DNA from: Camelus dromedarius
Taxonomy: Eukaryota
Assembly (NCBI RefSeq): GCF_036321535.1
Contig: NC_087437.1
Location: forward strand, 53,446,001 to 53,510,000
Direction: 5' to 3'
DNA: 64,000 nucleotides
Positions within the stretch are counted from its first letter, which is position 1; every line of letters begins with the position of its first letter. Both the position numbers and the translations under genes were made by a program. This document shows, piece after piece, positions 12,144-25,839 of this stretch. The notes under the pieces are model-generated. The model saw only the letters and a list, made by a program, of their open reading frames with translations. It was not told where the DNA came from and searched no databases.

Positions 12144-12575
12144 CAGAAAGAGAAAGAAAAATGCCATATGATACCACTTATATGTGAAATCTCAAAAAAA
12201 AAAAAAAAAAGACAAATGAACTTATTTACAGAACAGAAACAGACTCACAGACATAGAAAACAAACTTATGGTTACCAAGAGAGGAAGTGGGTAGGAAGGG
12301 ATAAACTGGAAGTTCCAGATTTGCAGATACTAATACATATAAAATAGATAAACAAGTTCACACTGTATAGCACAGGGAACTATATTCAACACCTTGTAGT
12401 AACTTACGGTGAAAAAGAATATGAAAACGAATATATGTAAGTTCATGTATGACAGAAGCATTATACTGTACATAAGAAAATGATACAACATTGCAAACTG
12501 ACTATACTTCAATAAAAAAATATATACAAAAATAAATAAAATAAAATAAAATTTTAAGCAGGAAAAAAAAAAAAG
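12144..12575 (+). mobile_element. 5'-truncated L1 3' end with 15-bp TSD
   Basis: TSD gaatcagggttctgc at 12129-12143 and 12576-12590; cagactcacagacatagaaaacaaacttatggttacc motif; A-rich tail. Confidence 0.9.
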
Positions 12576-13860
12576 GAATCAGGGTTCTGCATTTAGACAG
12601 CCTGAGTCCAAAAGCTGGCAATTTATCTAACTTCTCAAGACCCCAATGTCCTTATCCAAGATACTAGGTTAGTGATATACTCACATCAGAGGTGTGTTGT
12701 GAGACTTCAGAATGTTAAGTCCTTTAATTAGCATGATGCTTGGCACACGGCAAGCACCCAGTAAAGAGTAGCTATTCTTGCATTACTAAGGGATACGCAA
12801 TATATTACTTTTAGAGTTTAACTCTGTGGGGGGAAAATGTTTTGTCAGACAATGGAATGTGTTTAACACAGCATATATTCCTTTTTGCCTTTGCAGCCAT
12901 ACTCAGAACTCAAATGTTCTCATCAGCTCATGTCAAGTGACCGGTAATAGCTACTCCCTCATTTCTGATTCCACAGTTTCACAAGCTTGGCTGCGCAGTG
13001 GAATCACCTAGGGAGCTCTAGGCCATATGAATCCAAATCTCTGGAAACAGTCCTCAGTGTAACTATTTTTCAGAAGTTCTCCATTGATTCTAATACATCC
13101 TAGGGTGAGAACAACTGATTTAGGCCCTCTCTGTTCTCTTTTTACTCTTTATCTGGTTTCACATGGTTCTATTTTATTAACTCTTCCAAATATTTTTGAA
13201 AATAGGAGAGTTATGAAACTCACAAGGGATAGGTGAATAAATGGATGGATGGGTGGATGGACACGCGGATGACTGTAAGTATTACATTCATTAGGATTGT
13301 TGCAGTAAGAGTGGAGAGTGCAAGATGTGTATGAATGGAATTTCAAAGACGTGGGAACAAATTACTTATTGAGTATGAAGAATGAAAAACAGGAATAAAT
13401 CAAAGATGACAAAAAGTTTTCCAGTCTAGGGACCTAAGGGAATGGTGATGCCATTAACACAAACAAGGAAATGGGGAGCTGGTATGTGCTTTCTAGTAAC
13501 TCACTTAAAAAAACTGACCTCAAATATACATAATTTAAATTATCTCAGTAACTGAATATGCATATGAAATCAATACACAGATGGAGTATAAACACTACTC
13601 CATCCCACCTCAAATCAGTTTATTTATCCTGGTATCTGTGGCACTGGCCACGCAAACAGGGGAGTATCATTAGATACTCATGGACTAAGCTGGTGGGAAA
13701 CCTGTGGAAATCAGCAGTTACAGGATGCCTTATGTCAAAAAGAACATAAAGGAAATAAATTATCCTCTGAAAGTAACCTTAACTTCTGTTTCTACTACTG
13801 AATGAGAAACCTGAATCCAGCAACAGTCCTTTGTTATAACAGCTCCCCTAACTTTCTTAC

Positions 13861-13936
13861 GGAGGTGCTGGGGGTAGAAGCCAGGACCTCGTGCATGCTA
13901 AGCATGTGCTCTACCATGGAGTTTTTAACTCTCCCC
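13861..13936 (-). mobile_element. Vic-1-like SINE head fragment
   Basis: ccaggacctcgtgcatgctaagcatgtgctctacca, the reverse complement of the SINE head. Confidence 0.75.
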
Positions 13937-14094
13937 TAATCCTGTCTTTAATCTTTCCTATATAGCATTTGGAGATGCTACCCTATTGAGCATCTGGAAA
14001 TATCACTATTCTATCGTGCCTGTTAAAAATGGGTGGAACAGTAGCTCCTGGAAAGAATATAAATACTAATTTATAGGTAAGTAATATTTACCAG

Positions 14095-14993
14095 CTGGGT
14101 GATTTAGTACTGTGTCAGCTTGGCCAAACAGGACTTATGTTTCCAAGAAGTGCCTTTGCTGTATGGCTCTAGGCTAGAGTTGTTCAGAGGAGAAACTCAT
14201 ATATGATAGAGAAGATGGAAGGAAGTGGAACCACTGCTCTTGGAATTCATGGGATAGATGCAGTGGGCTGCGATGCGGAGGTGCTGAGCGCCCTGCCTGG
14301 CCTCATCCTCCCCTGCTTTTTTTTTTTTTTTTTTCATCTTTTAGTGCACTTTAATCAAAATTCCATGATCAGAAGAGTTCTTGTAGCATACAATGGGCAT
14401 GTCAACTTGGTCCTACAAATGGTTTCCACAGTTTTGTACTTCAAACATGTATGAAAAATAAAATGTATAATGTTTAGCTTTATAAATTTCCCCCACTTAA
14501 TCACTTTATCTTTAAAAATAAATTACTACCTCTGTTCAGTAAATTAAGCAGCCTGGAATCACTAAGCAGATATCAGCCAAATGACATCCATTTCCTGAAG
14601 AAGTTCTGGGGGAAATACTTGAGACAAAGGCTTACAGGAATGATGATCCCCCATTCTCTATGTGACTCCCACCCCATCCCTGGCCACGTGGACCTACAGC
14701 CACACTAGGCCAACCAGGGCAACAGCCTTCCCCAATTTCTCCACTAACCCCTTCGCTGTCCCTCTGGCAGCTGGAGGTGCTTGTCCCGATTTCCCTAAAA
14801 GCTCCAGCTTTCCAAAGCCACAGTGTCTGAGGAAGGCTGATTTGTCACTTTTCTCTGATCCTCCAACTCCTTTTCCCTGGATCTTCCTTCCCAAGCTCCT
14901 GCCACAAGAGTGTAAAGTCCAATGTCTCAGAGAAACCCCTTGTACCGTAATCCTGAGTGGTTCTGCATCCCTAATCAAACCTTGACTGACACA
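14095..14993. mobile_element. Old ERVL-type LTR split by the retrocopy at 14317-14650
   Basis: tgtgtcagcttggccaaac start and ctgcatccctaatcaaaccttgactgacaca end resemble recalled LTR16/LTR33/MLT2-class termini; boundaries approximate. Confidence 0.5.
14317..14650 (-). pseudogene. 5'-truncated processed retrocopy of an unidentified mRNA 3' UTR
   Basis: T18 at 14317-14334 (poly-A on -); TTTAAT at 14350-14355 is ATTAAA 15 nt upstream of the tail; AU-rich UTR-like body; 5' boundary approximate. Confidence 0.6.
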
Positions 14994-15459
14994 CCAGGCT
15001 TTGCCCCCCATCCTTCTTCATGAGGGGGACACATTCCACTGCTTCTGAATGCAGAGCCAGGCCCAGCAATGCAACTGCCTTTGAGCATCTCCTAAGCAAA
15101 TGAGTAAAATCCATTCCTGCCCTAAGGGGATCAGTTTAATGGGGGACACAGACATAGAAAAATATCTATAAATCAGCATAAAGATGACAATAGCAGGTAG
15201 AGGTGTCTTTAAGGGGCGGTGAGGGCAGGAAGGAAGCGTCGAGCCTGAGAGGCTGTAAGCAGGCTGAGAGGACGGGCACCTGTCTCATACAGCATCTGTT
15301 CCCAGGGCCCGGCTGAGGCACAGTGCCTTAAAGAAAATTCGTGCTCAGTCGACATTTCTTGAATTGAACTGAACTGCTTTTGCGTACAGCACAGCATTAA
15401 GCCCTGAGAATATGGCATTGAACAAGACAAACAGTTGTCCCCTTTACTTGGCTTAGAAT

Positions 15460-15820
15460 CTAGTGCAGCAATTCACAGGCTTCCGCATGCATCAGAACCT
15501 CCTGGAAGGCCTGTTGAAGCCAGACTCCTGGGGCCCATTTCCAGAGCTTCTCATCCAGTAAGCCTGTGGCGGGGCCCTGGAGCTTGAGTTTCTAGCAGGT
15601 TCCCAGGAGATGCTGGTACAGCTGGTCCAGGTACCATATTTTCAGAGCTACTAGTTTCAGTTTCCAACCTGGCAGGCTATACATTAGAATCACTTGGGCA
15701 ACTTTTAAAATATATATATATACCTTGTTAGGAGAATCACCCCAGACCTATTAAACCATGTTCTAAAAGCTCTGCAGGTGGTGTTAATATGCAGGTCAGG
15801 GCTGAAACCACTGATGTTGC
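15460..15820. mobile_element. Two adjacent hAT-Charlie MITEs (MER5-like)
   Basis: tgcatcagaacctcctggaaggcctgtt...tttctagcaggttcccaggagatgctg, then cattagaatcacttggg...gggctgaaaccactg. Confidence 0.6.
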
Positions 15821-16817
15821 GAACAGCAGCAGTTACCACTTTTTGCTTTCCGTCTGCCGGACCCCACCTGAAAAGCCCATACATCTGCGAACCCCATTTG
15901 ACAGGGAAGAAAATTGAGGCTCCTAGAGGTGAGATAAGCTTGCTAAGATCACACAGCAGGTGTTAGGGGGAGAGGAAAGATTGAATCCAGGTCTTTCCGA
16001 CCACACAGTCCACACTCAGAAGCACCAAAGACTGTACCACATGGGCCTCACAGAAACTGGGCACCTCATTTGAATATTGACTGATGAGTAGAAACTCTCC
16101 AGGCAGACAAAGAGGGGGAGCATTTTGGGCAAGAGTACTGAGGCCCATATTTCCGGAGATGCTGAAGAAGAGGCTGAAGTTCGAATTATTCCGGGAAGGA
16201 TCTCTGAGAGGGGTAGGAGGGCAGGACAAGCGGACAGGTGTGGCCTACCCTCCTCCAAGAGTCTAAAATTCTATAATGAGGCAACATAGAACCGATGGTT
16301 CAAGAGGAGAAGGAGAAAGTTACAGGCACTGACGTCTGCTGAGAGTCGCCCTGAAAAGGTAACAAGCGGGTGACTCTCTCCTGCATTTTGTCTCTGTTTT
16401 GAACATCTGCTACCACTCAGTTCCGAAATCTTATCCACCCCAAAGTGACGTTATGTTAGTTTTATATGCTAGATAAATGTTAATAAATAAAAGCCAGAAC
16501 ATGACAGGAAAATGTAGGACTGAGGCTATTCACATTTAAATACTCATTTTAATGTTGAAAGTCACTATTAATTTTTCTCTAAGGTTCCCAGCATGTCTTC
16601 TTGCTTTTTGTATACTCTTTCATAGTACATACTTTAATGTTTAGTGTGGAAAATTTAGAAACTACAGAATAAGGTAAAGCAGAGAATACAAACTACTGTA
16701 ATCTCACGAGCCAAAGGAAACTACTGTTGAAATTTTGGTTATGACTTTCCAGAAATGTTCTCTCCAATTATCTGTAGGTATGTGTATTCCAGAAAGGAAA
16801 TCATGATGTGACTATAA

Positions 16818-16973
16818 CATATATATCTCCCTCTTTTAAAGTTTTTAAATTTGTTTTGGGGGAGGTAATTAGGTTTATTTATTTACTTAATTATTTTAAT
16901 GGAAGTACTGGGGATTAAACCCAGGACCTTGCGCATGCTAAGCATTTACTCTACCACTGACCTATACCCTCCC
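16818..16973 (-). mobile_element. Vic-1-like SINE
   Basis: reverse complement head ...ctaccactgacctataccctccc; actataa repeated at 16811-16817 and 16974-16980. Confidence 0.85.
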
Positions 16974-19029
16974 ACTATAATCTTATTTTTTTTCAATCAA
17001 CATATTTCATGATCATTTTTTATGCCCATAGATTTGATTTTCATAAATTCATCCAAAATTGTAATAACTATATGAATAGCTTTTAATACTGATACATTGT
17101 TGAAAAACTATAGAGGTAAAGACATTCAGGAAGTATGGTATTGGTTGTTGCTGTTACTGGACTGCCTGTGGCTAATATCACAAATGTGGATCCAGAGAAT
17201 GGGTGGAGACCCATCTGCTAGGAGCTGACTCACGATAGTCCTTCCTTTCTTAATCAGTGTTTCTACATGTGAGAGCTGAGTCAGCTTCAATCTCACTCAG
17301 GTGAGTGAGGATTCTTTGTGAGAGTCCAGCCCCAGTAGGAAGCAAGTTTTCCCTCACTGCCAGTAAAATGAGACAAGGCATGAAAGACCATAAGTGGCCA
17401 TCACCTTTCCCCAGGGTATCTTTCGTCTTCTATGGGGAAATGCTGCCCTCCAGAGGATAAACACAGAAGTGAAGGTCTTTTTAGGAAACTCAACGCCACT
17501 GGGAGAAAGCACTTTTCTCTTCTTAAAAAGAATACATTTCCATCCTTTCTTTTCCTTGTTCCTACGGGGCTGCTATATTATTTCAGTTTGCCTAAGAGTT
17601 GATTGATTCCTTTGGTTATCTGGCTGTGATTATTTTTCCTGTGTGAAAGTCCATTTGTACCCAGGAGGATGTAGGACCCCCAAAAGGGACCCTCTGGCCT
17701 TAATGAAGCCTTTGGCAGTAAAAGTTTTCTGTTCTATAAGACCAGCGTAATTATGCCACAAAAGACAGAGGACAAGAGCCTTCCTTGGTAGAAGCCTTTG
17801 AATTATACAGGACGACTCACCCATGGAGGAAATTAGAAAATAAAGTCCAGTAAAATATCTCAAATTTAGTGGAGCTCCTATAATTGGTTACAAAAGACTA
17901 CTAAGATGTTATGAGTCTAGGGGAAAGGAAAGGATTGTAAAGGTTTTCAAAAAGAAGTGAGGCATTAAGCTTGAGGGAGAGTTCTCCCACTATGAGTAAA
18001 GGTAAATGCTGGCTGTCACTCTGTGTGCCCAGCAGTGCAGCGACACTCTGGGGCTTAGAGAAAGGCATCAAGCAAGTAAATGTTAGTCTTCAGAAAATTG
18101 AAACTTAAAGGGTTTTTTTTCCCTGGGACAAGGTGACTTCCAAGTGGAAAAGCTTAAGTATAGATGAGAGTTAACTCTCTGACCAAAATAAAATTTAAAA
18201 CATGTAAATTATGAAATAAAGATAACTAAATTAATACAAATTGAAAATAGTATATCTATTACTTTCCAATATAAACATTCTCAAAAAACGTTTTTAGAGG
18301 AGAAAAAGAAAAATTTAACTTTCATCGAGTGACCTGTTGTCCCTCTTATTTATAACGTGAAAAACAGAGGTAGGCAAATTGACAAGCCAACAATGAGTAG
18401 TTATAAAAAGGGAAAGAAAAGATAGACAAATGCAGGAGACCCATTTCATTCATGAAATGATTAATTATAAAGACACAACTTCCAACTGAAAAGACTTTTA
18501 AAACTCCTTTTAACCAAGACTTATAGAGTTTTCATGTTAGTTTTAAAATACATGAATTAAAAAAGTAAAATATAAGCCAAGTTTATGTGATACTACTCAG
18601 ATATTTTAATAAATTTTTTTATATATTCTAGCTGTGAAAGATAGCTATGTATCTTCTCCTGGTTTTGCCATGTAGGAAATAAAAATACAAACATAGCATT
18701 TTATTTCATGTGAGAAATTCAGCATTTTACAAAATGCTAAATTAAAGTTCTAAAATTTTAAATAATTGCCTTATAAATTATTATTGCTTAAACTATATAA
18801 ACAGAAAATATGGGCAAACAACTGGATTGAGTTTTTATTTGAATGACTGTCATCATTAGAAACTGGTCTTGAAAACTTCAGACAATATTACAATTTATGG
18901 GAACCTGTAGAGTTCTCCACTACCCTTTGTATACATTTATAGGATCTCTCTGATAAAAGTTTTAAAATAGTATTATATTGAACTTTAATGCCAACTTAAT
19001 ATATTTTTCTAAAATCTTAAATTGTCTTT

Positions 19030-19385
19030 AGAAACTTGAACATGACATATGACAGAAATGGATGACAGAAAGAGAATTGGCCAAGAAAAATGGAAGTGCA
19101 GCAAAGCAAGGAAAAGTGATATTGCTAGCAGTGGAACTGGATGTGGTTAGAAGATACCCCCAACCTGGGAATGTTGACACCACTGCCATTCTTGAGACTC
19201 TAGGCACCAGAGGAATTTTGTGAAGGTGAACTTACCGCCGTAAGTGAGGAAAGTGATCGTGACACAAAGGATAGGGAAGAACATGGTGGGCACAGTGGAA
19301 GTGATCCCTGCAAACACCTACACATTAAAGCGCTCCTCAGAGATATTTCGTGATCTTGAGATCACAGAGGATAAAATCTTGTAAG
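19030..19385. mobile_element. TcMar-Tigger DNA transposon relic (MER82-like)
   Basis: gggaatgttgacaccactgcc...ccagaggaattttgtgaaggtgaactt...cacattaaag...gagatatttcgtga resembles recalled consensus. Confidence 0.5.
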
Positions 19386-22300
19386 CAAAAACAAGTTGTC
19401 AGATTGTACTCCCCTGAGACCAGGGACATAAATAAATGGATAGGTAGACTTTCAGGGAATTAGGGGCTGGAAATACATTGCTGGAAATACGTTAGTAAGT
19501 TGGAAATACATTAGTTCAGAGATTGTTGTTGTTTCTTGTGTAAGTTACCTTTGTGGATGGAAAATCAGATAACAATCAAGCTGAGGAGGAAAAGAGAACT
19601 TTATTCAAACAAAACCAAGGAAACAGATTCTCAGAAGTTCTGAGAACCATTCCACTGGTCAGGAGTTAGAGATGCAGTTTGATACATTCTTGAGACAAAG
19701 ACTACATGCATTATATTGACAGGTTAGCCTTGTGCATCTAGTTCATCGGAGATGTTTTGATCACTTACGCATGTCCGGAGCCAGCCTTTGGTCAAAGTGA
19801 TCCCCTGTATGGGATGAAAAATAAATCTTAATCTGAAAATGACAATGCTGGTGTCTGAAGAAAGGGACCATTTTTCTCAAAGCTGATTATACCCTCCTGC
19901 TTTGAGGTGGTCTGGTTCACATATAATGCACACGCACGTGGATCATTGGGAACAGCCCATCACAAAGCGGGGCATGTCATTTTTTTCTTTCTGTCTTAGT
20001 CTGATTGTCTTGCCATAGAAAAATGGATGATTATTCCTCATCACCTTTATCATCTAAAGTTCAGTTTCTTGCTTGTTGTCATTCTTAGTTATAAATACTT
20101 GTGAACTTTCTTTATTAAGCTAGAAAAGGATTTTTGGTTCTTCTCCCACATTTATGGTGGTTAAAAAGGAGAGGGAGGAGAAAGAGGAGAGGACAAGGGA
20201 GGAGGGAGGGGGGAGACTAGAGAGGAGGATGTGCTCTGGTCACCCACCCACTCATCCCTCTTCCAGATTGTTCTTTTCTAGTGCCTTGTCTTTTTCTTCG
20301 GGATTCAGTTATTCAATGTCTGAGTCATTTTAGATGCTCTATTTCATGTTCTCTTTCAGCTAGTCTTTCTGTTATCTGAAGTTCATGGCCACTTGAGTCC
20401 TACTGCTTGTTGTCAGTGCTGACTTTCAACACAGTGAGTTGTTTCCATGTATGTTTCGATTACGATCAAAGCATGATCTGTAGCAGGGTTTGCTTTTTCC
20501 TGAGAGAAATCATTGTGCCTGGGTGAAGAAGAGTCCTGGCAGATCCATCCTCTGTTGACTTTCACCAAGAGTCTTGGGATCTCACTGAACTTGGACACAT
20601 TTTTTTGGTATGTTCTTGGCTTGGAGTTTAGAGGAATTCATTGGTAAAATAAATTCAAACTCCAAACCTCTGTGAGGAGCTAGAGTCTAAGAGGTTAACA
20701 ACGGGGGAAACTGGGTGAAGGGTACACAGAGGAACTCTGGGTACTACCTTGCAACTTTTCTGCAAACCTAAAGTTATTCCACATTAAAAAGTTGATGTTT
20801 TAAAAAGGAAGCCCCTAAATTAAACCCTTAGGTAGCCGTAGAGTCAGCCTACATGCTTTCTGGTCCTATATTCACTTCTTCATTTTGTATATCTGCAATA
20901 TCCCTTTTGCCTTGCAAGTTCGTCTATGAATTTAAAAATAAACTTTATTGTAATGCATCTAGCAGATCTGGACTTTATTACACGTGGATTTTCAGACATA
21001 TCAGTCCTCTACACGTGGCACTTAATTCCCCATTTTTTCTTTAATCCACACAAATCAAATCAGCTTTTATCCCCACCAGTGAAACTGGTCCAGTCAACCT
21101 TACCAACAAACATTCATCCTGCAAACCTGGTGGTCAATTCTTAGTAGTCAGATATCCAGTCTCTCATTAGCATTTGAACAGTTGAGCACACCTTCTTCGA
21201 AACTCTTTATTCTCTTGGTTTGTCACACTCTCCTCTTTTTTCTCCTAATTCAATGGCCTCTCCTCAGACTTCTTGATAGACTCTTTCTCCTTTGATGAAC
21301 TTTAAATGTTGAGTACCTCTGGACTCAGTCTGCCACCCAGTCTCTTATAATTCTGCACTTACTCCGTGGGTGATACTATCCAGTCCAGTGATTTTAAATG
21401 TCATTCATGTGCCAGTGACTCCTAAATTAAGATCTTATGACCTGATTTCTTCTTGTATGCTTACCCACATGCCTTGGGTCCCCAGACTCATATATATAAC
21501 TGCCTATTCAGTACCCCTGCTTGATGTCAAACTTAATATGGCCCTAACAGAACCCTCAATTTGGTGCCAACAGTAACAGAATAGGTTGTCCAGCATGTGT
21601 CCATGGTAGGTCTTGGCCAGGCCTGGTGACATAGCAGCAAATAGAAGAGGACAGTAAGCCGCGATGGTGCAGCCAAACCCTCTTCATAGAGTAGCAGGTA
21701 GACCTTTGAGTGTGAGCATGGCCCTTCCCCAGGTAAAACGAGATGGTAAAACCACAGTTTTCTACATTTACCACCAAATTTCAAGCATACCTTCATGAAG
21801 GCCTTCATTCTAGAGCCTGACCTGCTATTTTATGATCTTTGGAGAGTAAACTTCTAGACGAGCCAGAGTAAAGGAGAGAAAGTGGCCTAACTACATGGAA
21901 TTGGGGAGGAACTCCTGAAGTTTGCTTTTCCTTTTCTCTTTTTTTCTGATTTAATTGCATATTTATCCTCATTACACTGGGTTGGGAAAGGAAAGAGTCG
22001 TAAGTGTCCAGAACTGTACTAACCCATTGTCTTTCAGATAGAATTGGGATCCAGGTTCTAATTTCCTTTCAGTTCAGGATCTGAATCAGAGTCAGAGGAT
22101 GTTGCCTGCAGCTGGAGGCTGGGGTTGCTAGGAAAAAGGTAGGAAACAGGAATGTGCTTGACCTTGGAGGATTCATGTTCCAGGGCTCACATCCAGGTAC
22201 CTGAGATTCCTCCATATAGATTATGTGTCGGGGGAGCACAGCAGCTCCCCAAAAGGAGTATGATTGGCACAGCCTTGTGGCTGGTACTCAGGAGGTGGGG

Positions 22301-22727
22301 GGTTGGTCACCTGTGTACGGGGAAGACCGGCAAAGACGTTGTCCCACCATCTGTGTCCAGGATCCTGTGGAAGGGCCTCTCCATAAGGACAGGGCCAGGG
22401 CTCGCTCCTGGATCTGGGGTGGTCCTCATGAATAGTAGTGTGTGAATCCTGCACATTTATGAGCATCTGGAGATACTGTTGCCACTCTTCTTTATGTCCC
22501 TGTGCAATTACTTTTGGCTACACGTGACTCTTCTCACCACTTTACATGCAAGGAGTCCCCATTCTTGTAGGAAACTCTGGATCTCCTGGTCACTCTAAGG
22601 TTTACTTAACTGGCCTGTTGGCTTTTCTGATCCGTGTGTTTATTTTCCCTCCTTTCCTTCCTGGGGGGATTGCTAGTAATTTCAGCCTGAAGTGTCTCTT
22701 TCTCAATTTTTATTCCTGAGTTTTCTC

Positions 22728-22907
22728 TGTAGCCACAGGGTTCTAACCAAGGCCGGCAAAGAGCTAGTGTTTCGGTCTTCTGAGCATGAGCCACGGCCTA
22801 TACTTCTTGCTTGGTCGTGCAATAAACCTTTCTCTGCTCCAAACTTCAACGTTTCAGTTTGTCTGGCCTCACTGTGTGTCAGGCACCTGACCCTGGGTTT
22901 GGGAACA
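22728..22907 (+). mobile_element. ERV LTR 3' part (R/U5)
   Basis: AATAAA at 22821 followed by cctttctctgctccaaac...tggcctcactgtgtgtcaggcac...gggaaca; 5' boundary uncertain. Confidence 0.5.
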
Positions 22908-23838
22908 CTGGCACTAACTCTGCCTGCTGGAACTCAGCAGGGTCTGGAGGGGCCCAAGCACAGAGATGTGTTTGCTCCTCTGCTCTGGCAGCTGCTAACT
23001 GCTTTTTCAACAGATTTCCAAACAGTGTTCACGTTTTGCTTTAGGCTCACATCCCCACGTCCCAAGGAACATGGTGCTCCCTATTCCTGAGTCTTCTGGT
23101 TGTTCTACGCTGTAAGTGAGTTTGCTTATCAGCCTTCCTAACTCTGAGTTTTGGACTCGGCTTTCTCCCATCTGTGAATTTTCTCATCATTTTCCCATTT
23201 GCTTTCCAATTTAAGAAGCTTTGTGGGCTGTTGTCTCTTTTCCAATTTTTTTGAGTGTTTAAGTCTTCTCAGCAAGACTTTTTACTATTATTTTAGTGAG
23301 CTTTCAAAAGAGGATGGAGGTTAAATATCAATCTTCTAACTTTAACCAAAAATCAGGACTTTAATATAGAAGAACAAAGGTTCCCATTTGAAAGAGGTGG
23401 GCAGGGCAGAGCAAAGGTGGGACCACTGATGCCCTTAGGAGCCTGTGAAATCCACCCAGATCCCCAAACTATGCAGAGTTGCCTGGGAAGCTTTGAAACC
23501 TCAATTCACACTAGTTAGCCTAAGGGACTCCCCGGGGGAATTCCTATCTCAGTTCTCTCAAGGAATGCATTCAAATGCAAGCCTTCTGAAATAAATCATG
23601 TAATCTCTGTGCAATCCAATCCTTCCACAGTTTTTCTTATCTCCAGGAACCAAGGTGGCTGCAAAGAAGAAAGGCAACCCACATTGGAAAATAGGTGCCC
23701 CAGAGGAAAATGTAGTTCTTGTGCCTCCGTCTGTACTCTGTTGAGAGTCTATCCCTTCAGTGATTCCACAAGTATGTCTATCTTATAAGATAGCCTTTGA
23801 GCTGATTAATCTAAATTCACATAGAAATGCACTCCCTG

Positions 23839-23971
23839 GGTGGGGGGAGGGTATAGCTCAAGTGGTAGAGCACACTTAGCATGCACGAGGTCCTGGGTTC
23901 AATCCCCAGTACCTCCATTAAAAATAAATAAATAAATAAACCTAATTACCGCCCCCCACCCCCAAAATAAA
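23839..23971 (+). mobile_element. Vic-1-like SINE with 16-bp TSD
   Basis: TSD agaaatgcactccctg at 23823-23838 and 23972-23987; near-consensus A/B boxes. Confidence 0.92.
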
Positions 23972-25734
23972 AGAAATGCACTCCCTGACTCTGCTTTTTA
24001 TCCTCAGAACCTCCTTTAGTTCACTAAATAAATATTCCTTTCATTGTCTACTGCAGTGAGTCTAACAGATTCAGCAGCTATTCCTAAATTAGAGAGAGCA
24101 GGAAAAACGGGAAGCTTCCCACTGAAGGTCACAAGGATCCTCTGCCTTTCCTCTCTTTGGTACATCGGGGAGTTCAGTCCCGAACATCTCCTTGCCTTCT
24201 GGAGAGAGCTTACCGACCGAGTTTACCACAGCATCATCTCGTCCAGGAACCAGGTTCTGATGCGTGTTTTGTTCAAAAAAAAAAAAAAAACCAAAACAGT
24301 TATACAGTCAGCAAAAAAGACAGCTAGACACATGGTCTCAGGTTTCTTCACTGACTAACAGTGGAGATGTCAGGTTATAGAGAAAGATAGGTCATTTTAA
24401 ATCAAGGCTGTTAAGGTTCAACTGTAATTTAAGTGAACAAATTCCATTTTCTACTGCAAATTTATTCTGTAGGTTAAAGAAATGCTGCAAAGTTATATTT
24501 GCTTTGCAGTAGAAGGGAGTTTAAATATGAATGATCAGCTCAGGAAAACAGGGAAGTGGCAGTGGCCATCTCAGGAAAAAAATGTGTCGTTTCTTATTGA
24601 ATATCACTAGAGACAGAGCCTCATAAATTACAATTAAATAAGACGTTTCCTCCACTGGCCTGGTCTGCTTATTCCCGTCATCACCAGATTGTACACATTC
24701 TTGATCCTTGACTTCTTAACTTACTGCGGAAGATAACAATCAGCCTAATACTCTGAAAATTTCAGGTACTTGACATAATAGATTTCTTGCCTCTCCGAAG
24801 CTTATTAAATGGCATTATAGCCTATGTAATTTATTTTATTTCGATCAAGTGTAAGTATAAAATTTTAAAGTTACTTTTCAAAAGGATTTTAAAGGGCAAT
24901 AAAAATAAAAGCCTCTGGTAAGCAAAGGGGCAATGTGCCTTGACCGTCTTCTCGCTTCAGAGAAGGCCCCCCCAAACAGACAGTCTCAGGGAGCACCAGC
25001 TGGTCATGTACCGCCTCAGCCTTTGGATGGGAGTCAGGAAGATGGCAGAGAGTCTTTTGTTGTTGTTGACATCCTATTAATATAATTAAATTTTTTTTTC
25101 ATCAGAAGCAACTGATGATTAATATTTATCCAGCTGGTCAGAATTTAGCTGGCCTGTCACTCAGAATTCAGAGCTGGAAACCAAGATCTAATTTGCCTCT
25201 GTCATGGTCTGGCTAATACGACAGATTTTGCAAGTCTACCATCTCTCTGAAATAGTGTATCCCAAATGGTCAGAAAAGTTTGGATGAAGCATATTGACAC
25301 ACAGTATTTATTTGGAGAGTTAGGTAATTACTTAAATCAGGATTAACAAATTAAATTTGTGATTTCACTCAAGCGACATAAATGCAAATTGACTTATAAA
25401 AAATGAGGGAAACCATTCAGATGGTACTCAAGTATAGCAAAAATCATGCAGCCTGACTAGTTGAAGAACGGCTGGATTCATTCCAAGGAAATGAGGTCTG
25501 TAAACTCCTGCTCCACTTCTACATCGACTGCACTCCAGCTTCAGATGCAAGGAGTGGTTCTAAGGACCCCCCACCACCTAGCCCATGCTCCAGGCCCCGC
25601 TTCAAATTTCAGCCAATTCACCATACAAACAACATCAATAGAAGTAATAATACCAAAGCAACTGATAGGTCAGTGAACAGGAAGAAATGTTCTGCCACAC
25701 TGAGCGTAGTTCCTTAATGTGATAGGGTTCGAAG

Positions 25735-25839
25735 AAATTTTAATTAATTAAGTTAGTTAGTTAATGGAGGTACTGGGGATTGAAGCCAGGACCTCACGCA
25801 TGCTAAGCACAAACTCTACCACTGAGCTATACCCTCCCC
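25735..25839 (-). mobile_element. Vic-1-like SINE
   Basis: ggaggtactggggattgaagccaggacctc...ctaccactgagctataccctcccc. Confidence 0.85.

Noticed and set aside
20165..20230. Purine-rich GGA/G-run tract as a G-quadruplex or triplex element
   Set aside because: Short, common low-complexity sequence with no supporting context.
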